A stretch of 64,000 nucleotides of DNA from Candidatus Bathyarchaeota archaeon (GCA_963715865.1 OY970280.1:160001-224000); one strand, 5' to 3'. Positions 21,581 to 32,355 are shown, counted from the stretch's first letter. Notes: generated by a model not told the origin, from the letters alone. A program made the numbers and translations.

Positions 21581-22976
21581 CTAGGCAGTCTCTTTTTTCT
21601 TTCCCATTTCGCGTGGGTGCTTGCCCGCTCGCCAGTGTGACTCTATTTCCTCCAACGTGTGACCTTTAGTTTCAGGCACCAACCGATAGCAGAATATCCA
21701 AGCTAAAATCCCTATTGCGGCATAGAACCAGAAAGTTCCAGACTTGCCGATGACCTGAATCAACGTTAGAAATGTTAAGGCGATTATCAGGTTCGAACCC
21801 CAGTTTGCTTCACTCGCTATGCTCATCGCTAAGCCGCGAACCTTCAGCGGATATATTTCCGAGATGAGAAGCCAGAAGACAGGCCCCAAACCTAAGGCAA
21901 ACGAAGCCACATACAGCATAAGTCCCACAGTGGCAAGGCTCCCAAGCAGGCTAGACAGACTTGACAAGTAGAAGGCAAAACCAAGCAAGAATAGACTTGA
22001 AATCATACCTGCCAAGCCTATCAACAACAGAGGTCTTCGTCCTATACGGTCCAGCAGAAGTATTGCTACGATTGTAAATGCAACGTTTACGACACCGACT
22101 AGCAAAGTCGAAGATGGCAGAAGATGCGGATGAGATACCAGCGAACTGGAAGATTTTGGGTGCATAATAAATAACGGTGTTGATACCTGTTACCTGCTGG
22201 AAGATTGCTAAACTCACGCCAATCATTAAAGCTGGCTTAACTAGTGGACTAAACAGTTCAGCTCTTCCAGCTTTTTGCTCTTTCAAACTCTTCTGAATGT
22301 CGCCAAGTTCCTCTTCAACGTCCGTTTTACCTCTAATACGCTTCAACACTGTACGAGCTTTGTCGCTCTCATTATGATTCACAAGCCATCTGGGAGTATC
22401 CGGCAAGAAAAGCATCCCCAACCCCAATATTGCCGCGGGAACCACTGCTAAGCCTAGCATGTACCTCCATCCTTGAACATCAGCGAGACCAAAGTCAACT
22501 AAGTATGAAACAACGATGCCGATGGTGATGGCGAGTTGGTTCAGCGAAACCAGTGACCCGCGCATTTTGGGAGGCGCCACTTCAGATATGTAAAGCGGAG
22601 TAGTCTCCGAAGCTATGCCTATGGCGATTCCCACTACAATTCGACCTATTATCAGCAGACCAACGTTGGGTGTCAGTGCTGTGCCGATTGCTCCCAAAGC
22701 GAATATCACTGCAGCTGAGATTATCATTTTGCGGCGACCAACATGGTCTGCAAGGTCACCGCCAATGGCAGCTCCTATAACGGCTCCTATCAGAACGGCG
22801 CTGATAACGATTCCAATATACAGGCTTGAGAGTGCAAACTTTTGTTGTATAAACAGAATAGCGCCTGAAATCACGCCAGTGTCATAACCAAAGAGTAAAC
22901 CGCCGAGGGCTGAAATTACTGCCACTACATAGACAAAGCGGTTGCCACCTTGGTTCATGGAGAATGTGTTTGTCAA
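21581..22976 (-). pseudogene. MFS sugar porter, frameshifted near 22110
   Basis: GGLLFGYDTGVISGA, DHVGRR, PETPRWL-like PDTPRWL, QQVTGINTVIYY; second frame LLDRIGRRPLL, VPETKG. Confidence 0.88.
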
Positions 22977-22991
22977 GGTGTTTACCCCCTG

Positions 22992-24842
22992 TTAAACTGT
23001 CTCTTCGTTATTCTCTAAGTCTTTTATTGCTAAAACTAAAAAAGCATGAGACCAAGCTAGTGGAATAGCGGAGACTGGTGAGCCATTAGTTTTATCTATT
23101 TGCTCCGAAAGCAGTCCCAGCTCAGTAGAGTGGTCAAGTGCCCAATGGATGAGTTGTTTTACTTTGCCTAAATCTCCTAACTTTTCGTAATACAAAGCAA
23201 GCCAGAGGGTCGTAAGAATCCACGGGTTGCCTCCATAGTACTGGTCTAGCGGGTACCTTCCTATTCCACCAACCTTGTAGCTGAATGCTGCTTCTATTGC
23301 AGTAGCAGTTTTCCTCATTCTTTCATCACTTGCAGGCAAAACTTCAAACGGGTAAACCAAGCTAAGCAGGCTAGCATCAAGATTTTGATTTCGGGGAGCA
23401 ACAGTTGTGATGAAATGGTTCAAGTCTGCATCCCAAGCGAGCTTGAGCAATGATCCCTTAATGCTTTCAGCAGCTTCGTCCCATTTTTCGCTTAAAGCGT
23501 TTTGGTCAACTATCTTGGCGATATTGGCGGCTGTTTTGAGGCCGCTGTAGATGGCAGCGTTTGAATAGGTATGTCCCCCGAATTTTTCTTCCCACAGCCC
23601 AACAGACTCGACGAGACCATTAGCCTTAGCCACTTCTTCTTGCAGAAAATCAGCTGCTCTCCTAATCATGTGCCAAATGGATTGAATAAACCGATAATCA
23701 CTTGTCAACTCGTAATGTTTACCCATGCCCCATAGAACAGTCGCAGTTTCATCAATCTGGGAACTCCAACATGGGCCTTTCAATCTTGCTCCAATGTAAT
23801 AACGCTGGTACAATCCTCCTTCTGGCTCTTGCGCTTTGGCGCACCATTTGTAAAAGCGTTTTGCTTCCTCATGGAAACCACATTTGTCAAAAGCATAGGC
23901 AACATAAGTTGCGTCTCTAGGCCAACAGAAGCGGTATTCAGGCTCCATACAAGGCGCTGCAATTATACCCCCTTGCCTTTCAGATGTCAATAGTTTAAGT
24001 GTCAGTAAGGATCTTTTGGCTATTCCTGAAAGTGCTTCTTGCGCAGAGCTTAATTTGAAGGTTGCTATCCATTTTTTCCAGAAATCTTCGATCTTGCTGA
24101 TTTGTTCATCAAGAGGTTCTTTTCTGCATTTTTCTAGTTCTTCCAAAACTTCTTTCTCAGTTGGCCCCAAGGCCATTATAACCGTCAAAGTCTTCGTGTC
24201 TTTGCTTTTGATGTTACCTACATCCCAGCATAGACATGAGTTCACGTCTCTTGATCCGTCATACAGCGTTAGAGAGCCACCTGACAATATCGAGTCGTAG
24301 ACATCACTGAAAGCATCCGATCCTTCGCCATGAACTCCACACTGATGGCCGGTTGACCGCACCGTGCCACCATACGCGAAGTAGACATCTCGCTTGTAAT
24401 GAACAATCGCGTCGCGACCCTGCAAGTAATATGCTGCATCATCAATTGGTGACTCGAAAATTGCTAAATCATTGTAGTAAAAGAACCTCACGAAAACATC
24501 GTTTAAACCCATATTTTGGAACACAATTCTTCGTAATAACACGTCAGAGTCAGGCAACACGGCGTCGGTAGCGGTTATGTTCAAGTCTGGATTTTGGTGT
24601 CTGAAAAAAGTGCAAATAACGTTAGCGTCAGGCACATACTCCTGCTTCTTTTCCCACTCAGCATCGGTGAGCCAGCCAAACCTACCTTCGCCCCTGTAAG
24701 AATAAAACACGCCAGGCAAAGAACCCAAGATGTGCTGGGGATAATCTATTGTAGGTCAAAACAAATATCGAAGTTCCCCGTGTTTGCCTATGGTGGCAAG
24801 TATGCGGTTGTTACCAAGCGGGGCTTGCTCGGGTACATCCAT
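22992..24842 (-). pseudogene. GH15 glucoamylase-like hydrolase with one in-frame TGA at 24756..24758
   Basis: ATG at 24842: MDVPEQAPLGNNRILATIGKHGELRYLF*PTIDYPQH in frame with the 578 aa ORF (YRFCWPRD, GLWEE, LAWSHA). Confidence 0.85.
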
Positions 24843-25189
24843 GCTTAACAGCCTTCACCTTCGAACTCACAGAGCTCACAAGAGCTATCCATGTTCATGA
24901 TTATGGCCCACTCCCTTTCTATCAGTTCAAAACGAGACAACAGTAACTGCGAAAACAGTCTAATAAGATTTTGCCAGAATCTAGAAGACGCTGACGATTG
25001 TTTTTCCAACCACGACTCCTGTGGCCTGAATCTTGTTTAGCTTCTGCTTTACAGGTCTCCGGAAATCTATCTATTCTATATCAGAAATCCTTTTACTCAA
25101 ACAGATATGAAGTTAAGCAGTTGCTTAAAAAGACTGATAGAAGTTTCTTCTAGTCACGGGTTAAAGTCGAATTGGCTTTCTTCGGCGCT

Positions 25190-25474
25190 TTAGTCTTGCT
25201 TGGGTCTGACAATGCTCTTCAATTCTTCAATAGAATTGCCTAAGGAAACCACATCCCCGACCGCCTTTATTATACTGACTGGCAGAAGAACTACCATATG
25301 ACCTAACAGAGGTTTCTTAAATCCAAACCGTTCTGTTGCTTCACTATTTAGCTTCACTTGAAGATGCGTGATTTGCCAATTCTTGATTTCGAATTCGGCT
25401 CCTTCCACTTCGCCCAAAGTGAAAGCACCCGCACCGATTACCTTTTTTCCATTCAATTCGCTAACACTTGTCAA
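25190..25474 (-). CDS. PRC-barrel domain protein
   Basis: SELNGKKVI...LGEVEG...IKAVGDVV pattern. Confidence 0.8.
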   Translation of the reverse strand: MTSVSELNGKKVIGAGAFTLGEVEGAEFEIKNWQITHLQVKLNSEATERFGFKKPLLGHMVVLLPVSIIKAVGDVVSLGNSIEELKSIVRPKQD

Positions 25475-25829
25475 AAAATCACCAAGTTAAACTATTAATT
25501 TGTTTGAAATATAAACTTTTCTTGTATTGTGCTGAGTTGAATAGATGAGTTTAGAAGCCATAATTGGTTTTCTCTTTTGAATTAGGCTTTAAATTTTCTT
25601 TTTCTCCATCTTTATGGAACCAACCTGTAGAATACCTCCTTTCGCTGGATAAAGCCCATTTCGCGTTAAATTCACCACCCACTGTTGCAAATGCGTTCAT
25701 TACTATCTTTTTTTAATGTGTCCATTCAAACAAACTTTGAAACTAAATTAACCTCACGTCCGGTAACCTAAATGTGATTTTTAGTTACTTGTTTGAGCTC
25801 CGCTGAGTTTTTAAGAGAAGAAAACAATA

Positions 25830-26246
25830 ATGTTATTCATGCAAAAAGGCTATGTTTTTCTGTGCAATGGTGCTTCGATGACTGAGTGCATGAGAAATAA
25901 ACGCTTTAGCTGTTCCGGCACACAAGTTAAAGTAGCTCAAGAATTAGAAATAAACGCTGTCATTTTTTTGCTCAATAATGAAACAGATACTCTTCTGGGT
26001 CCATTCACCGTTGTTCAAGGGCCTGAAGATTTGGAGAAGGGAACATGGTACAGTAGCGTGGACGAGCGTAGCTTTTCAGAAAACATAAAAATAGAATGGG
26101 AAAGATTACATGAACTCAAAAACGCAACCGACAAAATACCCTTCTTGAAAGACACCAAAGATTGCACCCTGTCTGATCTCCAGACTCAGGAACTACTCTC
26201 AACACTAAAGGACACTCCTTTATACGCTGAATCAAAATCTGAGTAG
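25830..26246 (+). CDS. DCD/EVE-like (PUA-like) domain protein
   Basis: GYVFLCN...TEC...RF...IFLLN...LLGPF resembles the DCD consensus; recognised by eye. Confidence 0.55.
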   Translation: MLFMQKGYVFLCNGASMTECMRNKRFSCSGTQVKVAQELEINAVIFLLNNETDTLLGPFTVVQGPEDLEKGTWYSSVDERSFSENIKIEWERLHELKNATDKIPFLKDTKDCTLSDLQTQELLSTLKDTPLYAESKSE

Positions 26247-26506
26247 AAAAAAAGAAGAGTCTCTTCTGATGGAGACTCACGCGGGGGCGAACCAAATATG
26301 TTATACTTCAGCTACGCTTCATCCATTGCCCCGATTGCCTTAGGTTTTGGTTCCTATCCCCAGCTAGACGGTACAAGTTACTCAACCACACGGACATTAA
26401 GTTTCATCACTAAGAGAAGCTCAAAGTTGTTGAGAAAAAGCACTATAATAGAAAATTTTTCTGAAAAACATTTAACCAATGATGCTTGAGTTACGAATCG
26501 CAGGCC

Positions 26507-26659
26507 TTACCAATTAGCGTGGGCTTTTCTGTAGGGACCTCGTGTTCTGAGCCGAGCCTTCTTTCTTTTTTCCTCTTTATTTAGAGCTTCGTCTTCCTCT
26601 TCGTTTTCCTTTTGCTCCTCAGTAGAGGCATCTGATTCAGTTTTGTTTTGCTCTTTCAA
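26507..26659 (-). CDS. Small 50 aa protein, acidic N-half and basic tail (RLRTRGPYRKA)
   Basis: TTG start after GGAGG RBS, 19 nt downstream of 26678 ORF; not in supplied ORF track. Confidence 0.55.
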   Translation of the reverse strand: MKEQNKTESDASTEEQKENEEEDEALNKEEKRKKARLRTRGPYRKAHANW

Positions 26660-26677
26660 GTCTTAATCCTCCATCAG

Positions 26678-27070
26678 TTAAACATGGGCAAGCAACTTTT
26701 TGATCTCTTTCTTATCTTCAAGAAACTTTCCATATTCACTGTAGTTTCTAAATGCTCTCAAAAATATAATCCTCATTTGCTTGTCAACACAATAAACTAT
26801 GTGCACGTCTTCTTTTTTCGCTCTGAAAATAAGATTTCCATCTAAACTTTCTTCAAATTTGTGCAGTTCATAAAAGTCAATGTTGGAACAGTCTAGAACA
26901 TCGTTAACTATCGATTCAGCCTCTTTTTCATCTTTTAGGTCCTTGAAGAAGTGCTTGGAAATTACAGCCTCTTTGATAAATGGTCTAATAGACATGAAAT
27001 GGCTGTGGCAGTTCACACAGTGATCCTTTTTCAGTTCACATGGATTTTGCAGATTTCTATAGACTCTCAA
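26678..27070 (-). CDS. Hypothetical protein with Cys-rich N-terminus and RelE/ParE-like C-terminal pattern
   Basis: CVNC motif; IFRAKKEDVHIVYCVDKQMRIIFLRAF. Confidence 0.55.
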   Translation of the reverse strand: MRVYRNLQNPCELKKDHCVNCHSHFMSIRPFIKEAVISKHFFKDLKDEKEAESIVNDVLDCSNIDFYELHKFEESLDGNLIFRAKKEDVHIVYCVDKQMRIIFLRAFRNYSEYGKFLEDKKEIKKLLAHV

Positions 27071-27356
27071 GAAAATCTATTATTGAAAATGTTGCCTAAA
27101 ACATTAACTTTGCTCCCTGAACTTCAAGCTAAAGATATAGTTTTCTGAAGGTCAGTTTGTTATATAGTGGTTAGTCAGTATTTTGTAAATTTCATCTAAT
27201 TTTTTGGAGATTTTAAAAAACTTAGGTCTTTGTTAACGATGCTATTAGTCAGCAATTGAAACAGAAAACCCTGAAATTCGTGATAAATATAGTTAATTAT
27301 CATAAGTATTGCTAAAAAAAAATTAATATAGCCAGCAGTCCGCATCTATAACTAAT

Positions 27357-27647
27357 GTGAAACATTTGTCAGCGAAAGAAATGGTTGTTTCTGGCGAAGA
27401 GGCCTTGAAAATAGCAGAAGCTATTAACTCAACAACTATGAGAATGCTTCAGCTGCTTGGAAGCGAACGTTTGGATGTTACAACTATCTCAAAGAGGCTC
27501 GGCTTGAGTGAGGCCTACATAAGTGAACAGGTTCGTCTTCTTGAAGACCTAAAACTGATTAACGTCACGTATGAGCGCGGCAAACGAGGCATCAGGAAGA
27601 TTTGCGAATCAGCGGTTGAGAAAGTCACATTGGTTATCAAAGGCTAA
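27357..27647 (+). CDS. Small ArsR-like HTH regulator (paralog of 618..920)
   Basis: TISKRLGLSEAYISEQVRLLEDLKLI, GKRGIRKIC. Confidence 0.78.
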   Translation: MKHLSAKEMVVSGEEALKIAEAINSTTMRMLQLLGSERLDVTTISKRLGLSEAYISEQVRLLEDLKLINVTYERGKRGIRKICESAVEKVTLVIKG

Positions 27648-28283
27648 CATTTTTCGCTGACTGCCTTAAAAAAGTTGAGAAGTTGTAGCTTTCCCTATGC
27701 AGTCGAAAAACAGCGTAAATGGTTTTGTTTGAAGTTGTACGCTTTAGAAACAGGTTGTTTCAAAAGTAAAACTGCTATAAAAATTCAGAAAGTTAGGAAT
27801 AATCACCTGATTATCTCATTTTTTTTTCTTCTTGCTTGATTTCTTTTTCTTTGCCATACGTTCACTCTCTCATTTGACAATATATATAGGTAATTACTTA
27901 TAAATTGTTTGACAAATCATGAAAGTCGGCTCAGGAAGTAAAATTCAAAAAAACATTAAGGATGTTTTTAAACTTTGATAAAAAATAATTATTGAATAAT
28001 GCGAAAATCAGTATTATGTATTCATCGGTGGGGTTTCTATAGTTTACACCCACAGGTAACATCTTCAGCCCTCTTTCTAGCAAACAAGGAGGCAATGTGC
28101 AATGGTCACTCTTTCAGAAATATTTAGCGAAATTGCCTTGACTGCAGTATCGGTGAAAAGCTGAAAGTTAACACTTCGTACCGGAGAGAAAGAAAGATAA
28201 ATGGGGGCTAACAAGCCAGCCTTTACTGTTTTCCCTCCTATCACGCTTTTCTGGGCGTTTACAAAAAATTTTGGGGTACTTTT

Positions 28284-28403
28284 TTATTTTTTGAATCTTG
28301 CCGGAAGCCCTGCTTGCTTTTTCTGTTTCTTTTTGAGGGCTTTTTCTCGCTGTGCTTTCTTGTGTAGCTCAAGACTTTCAGCTTTAGTTAACTTTTTTGA
28401 CAA
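28284..28403 (-). CDS. 39 aa Lys-rich small protein
   Basis: TTG start: (M)SKKLTKAESLELHKKAQREKALKKKQKKQAGLPARFKK*. Confidence 0.4.
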   Translation of the reverse strand: MSKKLTKAESLELHKKAQREKALKKKQKKQAGLPARFKK

Positions 28404-28497
28404 TACCAATCGACCCAACAGAATATAGCATTTATAATATATTTATAGTTTTTTATCTATACATATAGTAAGCGCGCGTGATCTTTTAAAAGCTCGT

Positions 28498-28672
28498 TTT
28501 CCCCGTGATGAAACATCACAAACTGATCGGAATAATAGTTGTTTCCGACTTCGCAAAACACCTCACCAAAAAACACTCACCGAAACCGTACTCGAAGCTT
28601 GTCTGGCGCTACCCCACACCCCAATAACTCGCTCAGTTTAGCAATCCTTTGGACTTGCATAAATCGAAAGCG
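28498..28672 (+). pseudogene. Degenerate copy of the 3' end and 3' UTR of the CBS gene at 7020..7195
   Basis: Direct nucleotide similarity (gtttccgacttcgcaaaacacctca...ccaataactcg...aaatcgaaagcg) with indels. Confidence 0.85.
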
Positions 28673-28745
28673 GGCTCTCAGAGTCTTCTTATTTTGATGT
28701 TAACCATTCTTCTGGCTCTACTATATTGTTTAGTAAGACTTAATA

Positions 28746-29377
28746 ATGTGCTCGTTGTCGCATATACTAAAGTCACAACAGCCTGGAGCGAAAAAAACCT
28801 TAACTAACCAACAAAAATCACAACCCCCTCAAAAAAGCATAAAAAAAATACGCGCAATCAAAATAATCACCATTGTCCTTGCTTTAAGCGTTTGCTTAAC
28901 CTGCGGGCTACTATCAAACACTCAGGGCCTAAATCATGGATGACCAAAGGCGCATATGCAACATATGAAGGGCAAGCAAGCATTTTATCGACTACAGTCA
29001 CCTTCAACGCAAAAATAGAAATAACCGACATCAACCAAACTCATGCACAAATCCAAACATACATAAACATGTCATCACCGTACGGTTCAACTGAAAACAG
29101 TACCACCGTCTGGGTTAATTTATCAAACATGACCTTCCAACCAGAAGGCTTAACCCTAAACAACACATACAACACGCAAATCTCAACAACAAACATCGGA
29201 ACCCGAAGTTGCACAGTTTACGAATATACAAGCCAAGAAATCAGCGCAACATACTACATAGATAACACAATACAATGGCCAATCAAGATGACGATAACTC
29301 CTCCAGTCCTTGATGGACAATCTTACAGCATGGACCTAAACTTGGTAGAATCAAACATATCTGGATTAGAAACATAA
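28746..29377 (+). pseudogene. Membrane-anchored exported Thr-rich protein, probably frameshifted near 28900
   Basis: Basic stretch plus hydrophobic anchor (IITIVLALSVCL) is in a different frame from the WMTKGAYATYEG body. Confidence 0.5.
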
Positions 29378-29856
29378 GCACTTTTGCAAGTAACCGTTTT
29401 TTGACTAAATTTTTTCCTCAGCATTTGTATTATCAAATTTTTTTCAGGCTCTTGAAATGTAATCTATTATTACTCTTCATCTTGAATATTCATAGAATCA
29501 TACTTGTATGTCTTGAATCATGTATACGCCTAAACCCGACCTGTTTTTTCCAAATTTATGCAGATCTATCAGAGTCTATGAGATAGGTGAGAGAGTAGGA
29601 GTTCAATCAGCGTACAAACGGATTAACCTCCGAATCAGCTCAAAATGATTCTGGATTATGCTGACGAAATAGGAATTTTACGACCACAAATAATGGCTTT
29701 TCGAAAACTTGGTGTATTATTTTTCCGAATGCTCTTCTTGGCGGAGTGCCCCATTTTCCCTTGTATAATTTGCAGTTTCGTTTCCAGTCTTTCCCTGAAA
29801 AACATATGTAGCACTTTTCCGACTGAAGGCTTTTGTATCTCTATTAACATTAACAT

Positions 29857-30228
29857 ATGGTTGAACTCTGCGGAGAGAACTTGATGAATCTATCCAAGAT
29901 TGAGGATGCTGCTACTCTGATTAAAGTACTGCGCGAAATGGGGATGAGTTATCAGGAAACCGTGAGCTTGTTGAGCACGTCCCTGAATGAAGCAAAGGGA
30001 GCTAAGAAACTGTTTAGAGGAGAAAACAAAGGACCCATTTCACCACTGATCAAGTTAGGAATAACCGTTTTTTTGGTTCCAGTGCCAGTTATTAGCGAGA
30101 GTCTTGGAATCATATTGATGTCCGCTGGAGTGTTTCAATCCAAGGTTAAAGGACCGCCGATTCAAATCGAGGATGTGTACGAAACGTGTCAACAAATTAC
30201 CAAAGAACTAGGAAAAATGAAACTCTAG
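29857..30228 (+). CDS. Hypothetical protein with a hydrophobic hairpin
   Basis: 123 aa ORF; LGITVFLVPVPVISESLGIILMSAG. Confidence 0.6.
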   Translation: MVELCGENLMNLSKIEDAATLIKVLREMGMSYQETVSLLSTSLNEAKGAKKLFRGENKGPISPLIKLGITVFLVPVPVISESLGIILMSAGVFQSKVKGPPIQIEDVYETCQQITKELGKMKL

Positions 30229-30305
30229 TTTGGCGTGAACGCATCAGAATTGTTAAGTGAAAGTTTTTAAGTGCTGGCAATTAAGAATTTTTAGGGTGAT
30301 AAGAA

Positions 30306-30464
30306 ATGTCCAGTGAAATGGAGAAAATTAAGAAAAGACTTGATGAACTTGAAGCACACATAAAGAAACACAGTTCCGAAGAGGTACATTCAGACAAGAA
30401 AAGGCTTGACGATTTAGAGTCTCGATTGAAGGCTTTAGAAGAAAAAGCCAAAAAGAAACTGTAA
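30306..30464 (+). CDS. 52 aa coiled-coil small protein
   Basis: MSSEMEKIKKRLDELE...RLDDLESRLKALEEKAKKKL*; TATA-like tttttaag and GGTG RBS upstream. Confidence 0.6.
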   Translation: MSSEMEKIKKRLDELEAHIKKHSSEEVHSDKKRLDDLESRLKALEEKAKKKL

Positions 30465-30585
30465 CTTTATTAACGCAGCTTGCTTTCTGTCTCTCAAGTC
30501 CTCTTTTTCTTTCAGTGGCTCTCCCCTGCGCTGATCTGTCGTCTCAGCACTCGCCTTTTAAAGCGTTTTAGCTACAAACTTCTCT

Positions 30586-30699
30586 ATGCTCGACTTATCC
30601 AGACCTTGCGATGCTTGCGGCAAAATGATTGGCGGCGGCTTCAAGCACTGCCCCAAATGCCAAATCTACTTCTGCTTTCATAATGAAAGAGTTCCATGA
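30586..30699 (+). CDS. 37 aa Cys-rich zinc-finger-like peptide, possibly truncated
   Basis: MLDLSRPCDACGKMIGGGFKHCPKCQIYFCFH; ttttaaag upstream. Confidence 0.5.
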   Translation: MLDLSRPCDACGKMIGGGFKHCPKCQIYFCFHNERVP

Positions 30700-30991
30700 C
30701 AAATTACAGATAATACCGATATTCTCTCAGGTACGTGGTGATTTTGGCAGATACCCTTCCGTCAAGCTAGAGAATCCGCAAGACTTCGAATTCATTCAGT
30801 TTAAGCAGGCAATACTTTGGCTAAAAAAAGCCTTGAATGACTCCTAACCATTAACCGTTATCCTACTGTGCTGAAATGTAGTTTCAACCCTTCCTTTTTT
30901 TGACCCTTTTAATTCTATGGGTATACAAAAAGAAAGTTTGATTAGAACTCAGCAATTCTATGTTACTCATGATAAAGAGTGGCTATTGGGT

Positions 30992-31333
30992 ATGAGAAAA
31001 CGTAAAATACTATTTGTTTGTGGATGCAACGTTGACAGGAGCCCCACTGCTGAAGACCTCTTTAAGAAAGCGGAAAACCTCGAAGTCAAATCTGCCGGTG
31101 TTTCATATGGCGCTACGGTTCCGCTAACGCGGGAGTTGGTTGAGTGGGCAGACGAAATCTACGTGATGGAATTCAAGCATCAGCAAGCCGTACTCAAAAT
31201 GGTTCCTTCCGCATGGAAAAAAGTTGAATCTCTCGAAATCCCCGACATATACTACAGAGATCAACCTGAATTAAGGCAGTTAATTGTCGAGAAGATGAAA
31301 CCTTACATTAGTTGTTCCGCCCGAATGCCCTAA
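30992..31333 (+). CDS. Low-molecular-weight protein-tyrosine phosphatase family protein
   Basis: ILFVCGCNVDRSPTAE (CX5RS), WADEIYVME, LEIPD. Confidence 0.85.
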   Translation: MRKRKILFVCGCNVDRSPTAEDLFKKAENLEVKSAGVSYGATVPLTRELVEWADEIYVMEFKHQQAVLKMVPSAWKKVESLEIPDIYYRDQPELRQLIVEKMKPYISCSARMP

Positions 31334-31441
31334 GAGTACTTTACGGTTTTTAATTGTAGTAGCTTAGCCAAGTTTTTATGGGTGATAAATCTTAAATCTG
31401 CACAGCATGAAATAGACTGACTGGGAATAGAGAGCTAAATT

Positions 31442-31654
31442 ATGCAAAAGAATAAAGTGTCACATAATGCGGCACTTGCTTCAATAATCTTCTGGGTGAT
31501 AAGTCTATTCGTTCTCGGAATCTTTTGTGAATTTATCGGGATTGTGTTAGGAGTCTATGCTGTGGCGAAAAGCAAAGACAAATGGGGCTACGTAGGTCTC
31601 ACACTTGGAATCATAGGAGCCGTCTTTAGCATTATTGGACTATTACTGCCATGA
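31442..31654 (+). CDS. Small two-TM membrane protein
   Basis: 70 aa, two Gly-rich hydrophobic helices. Confidence 0.6.
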   Translation: MQKNKVSHNAALASIIFWVISLFVLGIFCEFIGIVLGVYAVAKSKDKWGYVGLTLGIIGAVFSIIGLLLP

Positions 31655-31682
31655 TAAAGATTAATTTTATTTTTATCTCTCA

Positions 31683-31730
31683 ATTTGAACCCTCATGACA
31701 GCGGAGATGTCTCCCGCAAACCCCTTTTTT
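31683..31730. repeat. Dispersed ~48 bp repeat, copy 1
   Basis: atttgaaccctcatgacagcggagatgtctcccgcaaacccctttttt. Confidence 0.85.
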
Positions 31731-31831
31731 CTTCTTTGGAGGTTCAAAGGGAACCATAGAAACTCGCGTGCTACTCATGTAGTATTGCAACTCTAAAAGT
31801 TATTAAACAAAGATTAACATCACAAATTGTT

Positions 31832-32263
31832 ATGAAACCAAACGAAGGCAGACTTCAAACTGCAGAGCACATTCTTGCAAGGACGTTGGAACGAAGGTTT
31901 TCGGACGCAAAATTCATCATTGCTAAGTTTGAAGAGAACTCTGGATATATGGAAATTGCAACCAAAGAGGACTTGCGGAAAATCAACAGAGCATTACTGC
32001 AGGATGACGTGAACGCACTAATAAAGAAGAATCTTTTGGTTAGCAAACACATCCTGACGAGGGAAGATGCCGAAAAAGAATTTGATTTGACAAGGTTGCC
32101 GTCTTCCGTGAGAAAAGTCAGAATCGTAGAAATCGAGGGTTTTGACAAAACACCATGCAAGGATCCGCATGTCGAAAACACAGGCGAGATTGGCTATTTT
32201 GCAATTCTTACGGTGGAAAGGGTTGGGAAAGACCGTTACAGATTTGTTTTCGAAGTAAGATAA
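31832..32263 (+). CDS. AlaX-like free-standing tRNA editing domain
   Basis: QTAEH (HxxxH variant), VRIVEIEGFDKTPCKDPHVENTGEIG. Confidence 0.8.
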   Translation: MKPNEGRLQTAEHILARTLERRFSDAKFIIAKFEENSGYMEIATKEDLRKINRALLQDDVNALIKKNLLVSKHILTREDAEKEFDLTRLPSSVRKVRIVEIEGFDKTPCKDPHVENTGEIGYFAILTVERVGKDRYRFVFEVR

Positions 32264-32355
32264 GAAAAAGTTTCTAAATTCACTTAGTTTTTAATTTTTT
32301 CGATTAGCGGCGTATACTATCATCCTTTTTTCTCAAGCTGGATTATAATCTCGTT

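Noticed and set aside
26270-26440. gaaccaaa/tttggttc pairing suggesting a structured RNA
   Set aside because: A single short helix; the minus strand reads like a stop-riddled protein remnant that I could not identify
26481-26520. tRNA-like D arm/anticodon on the minus strand (gctaattggtaaggcc...)
   Set aside because: No anticodon stem or T arm; it is explained by the end of the 50 aa ORF 26507..26659
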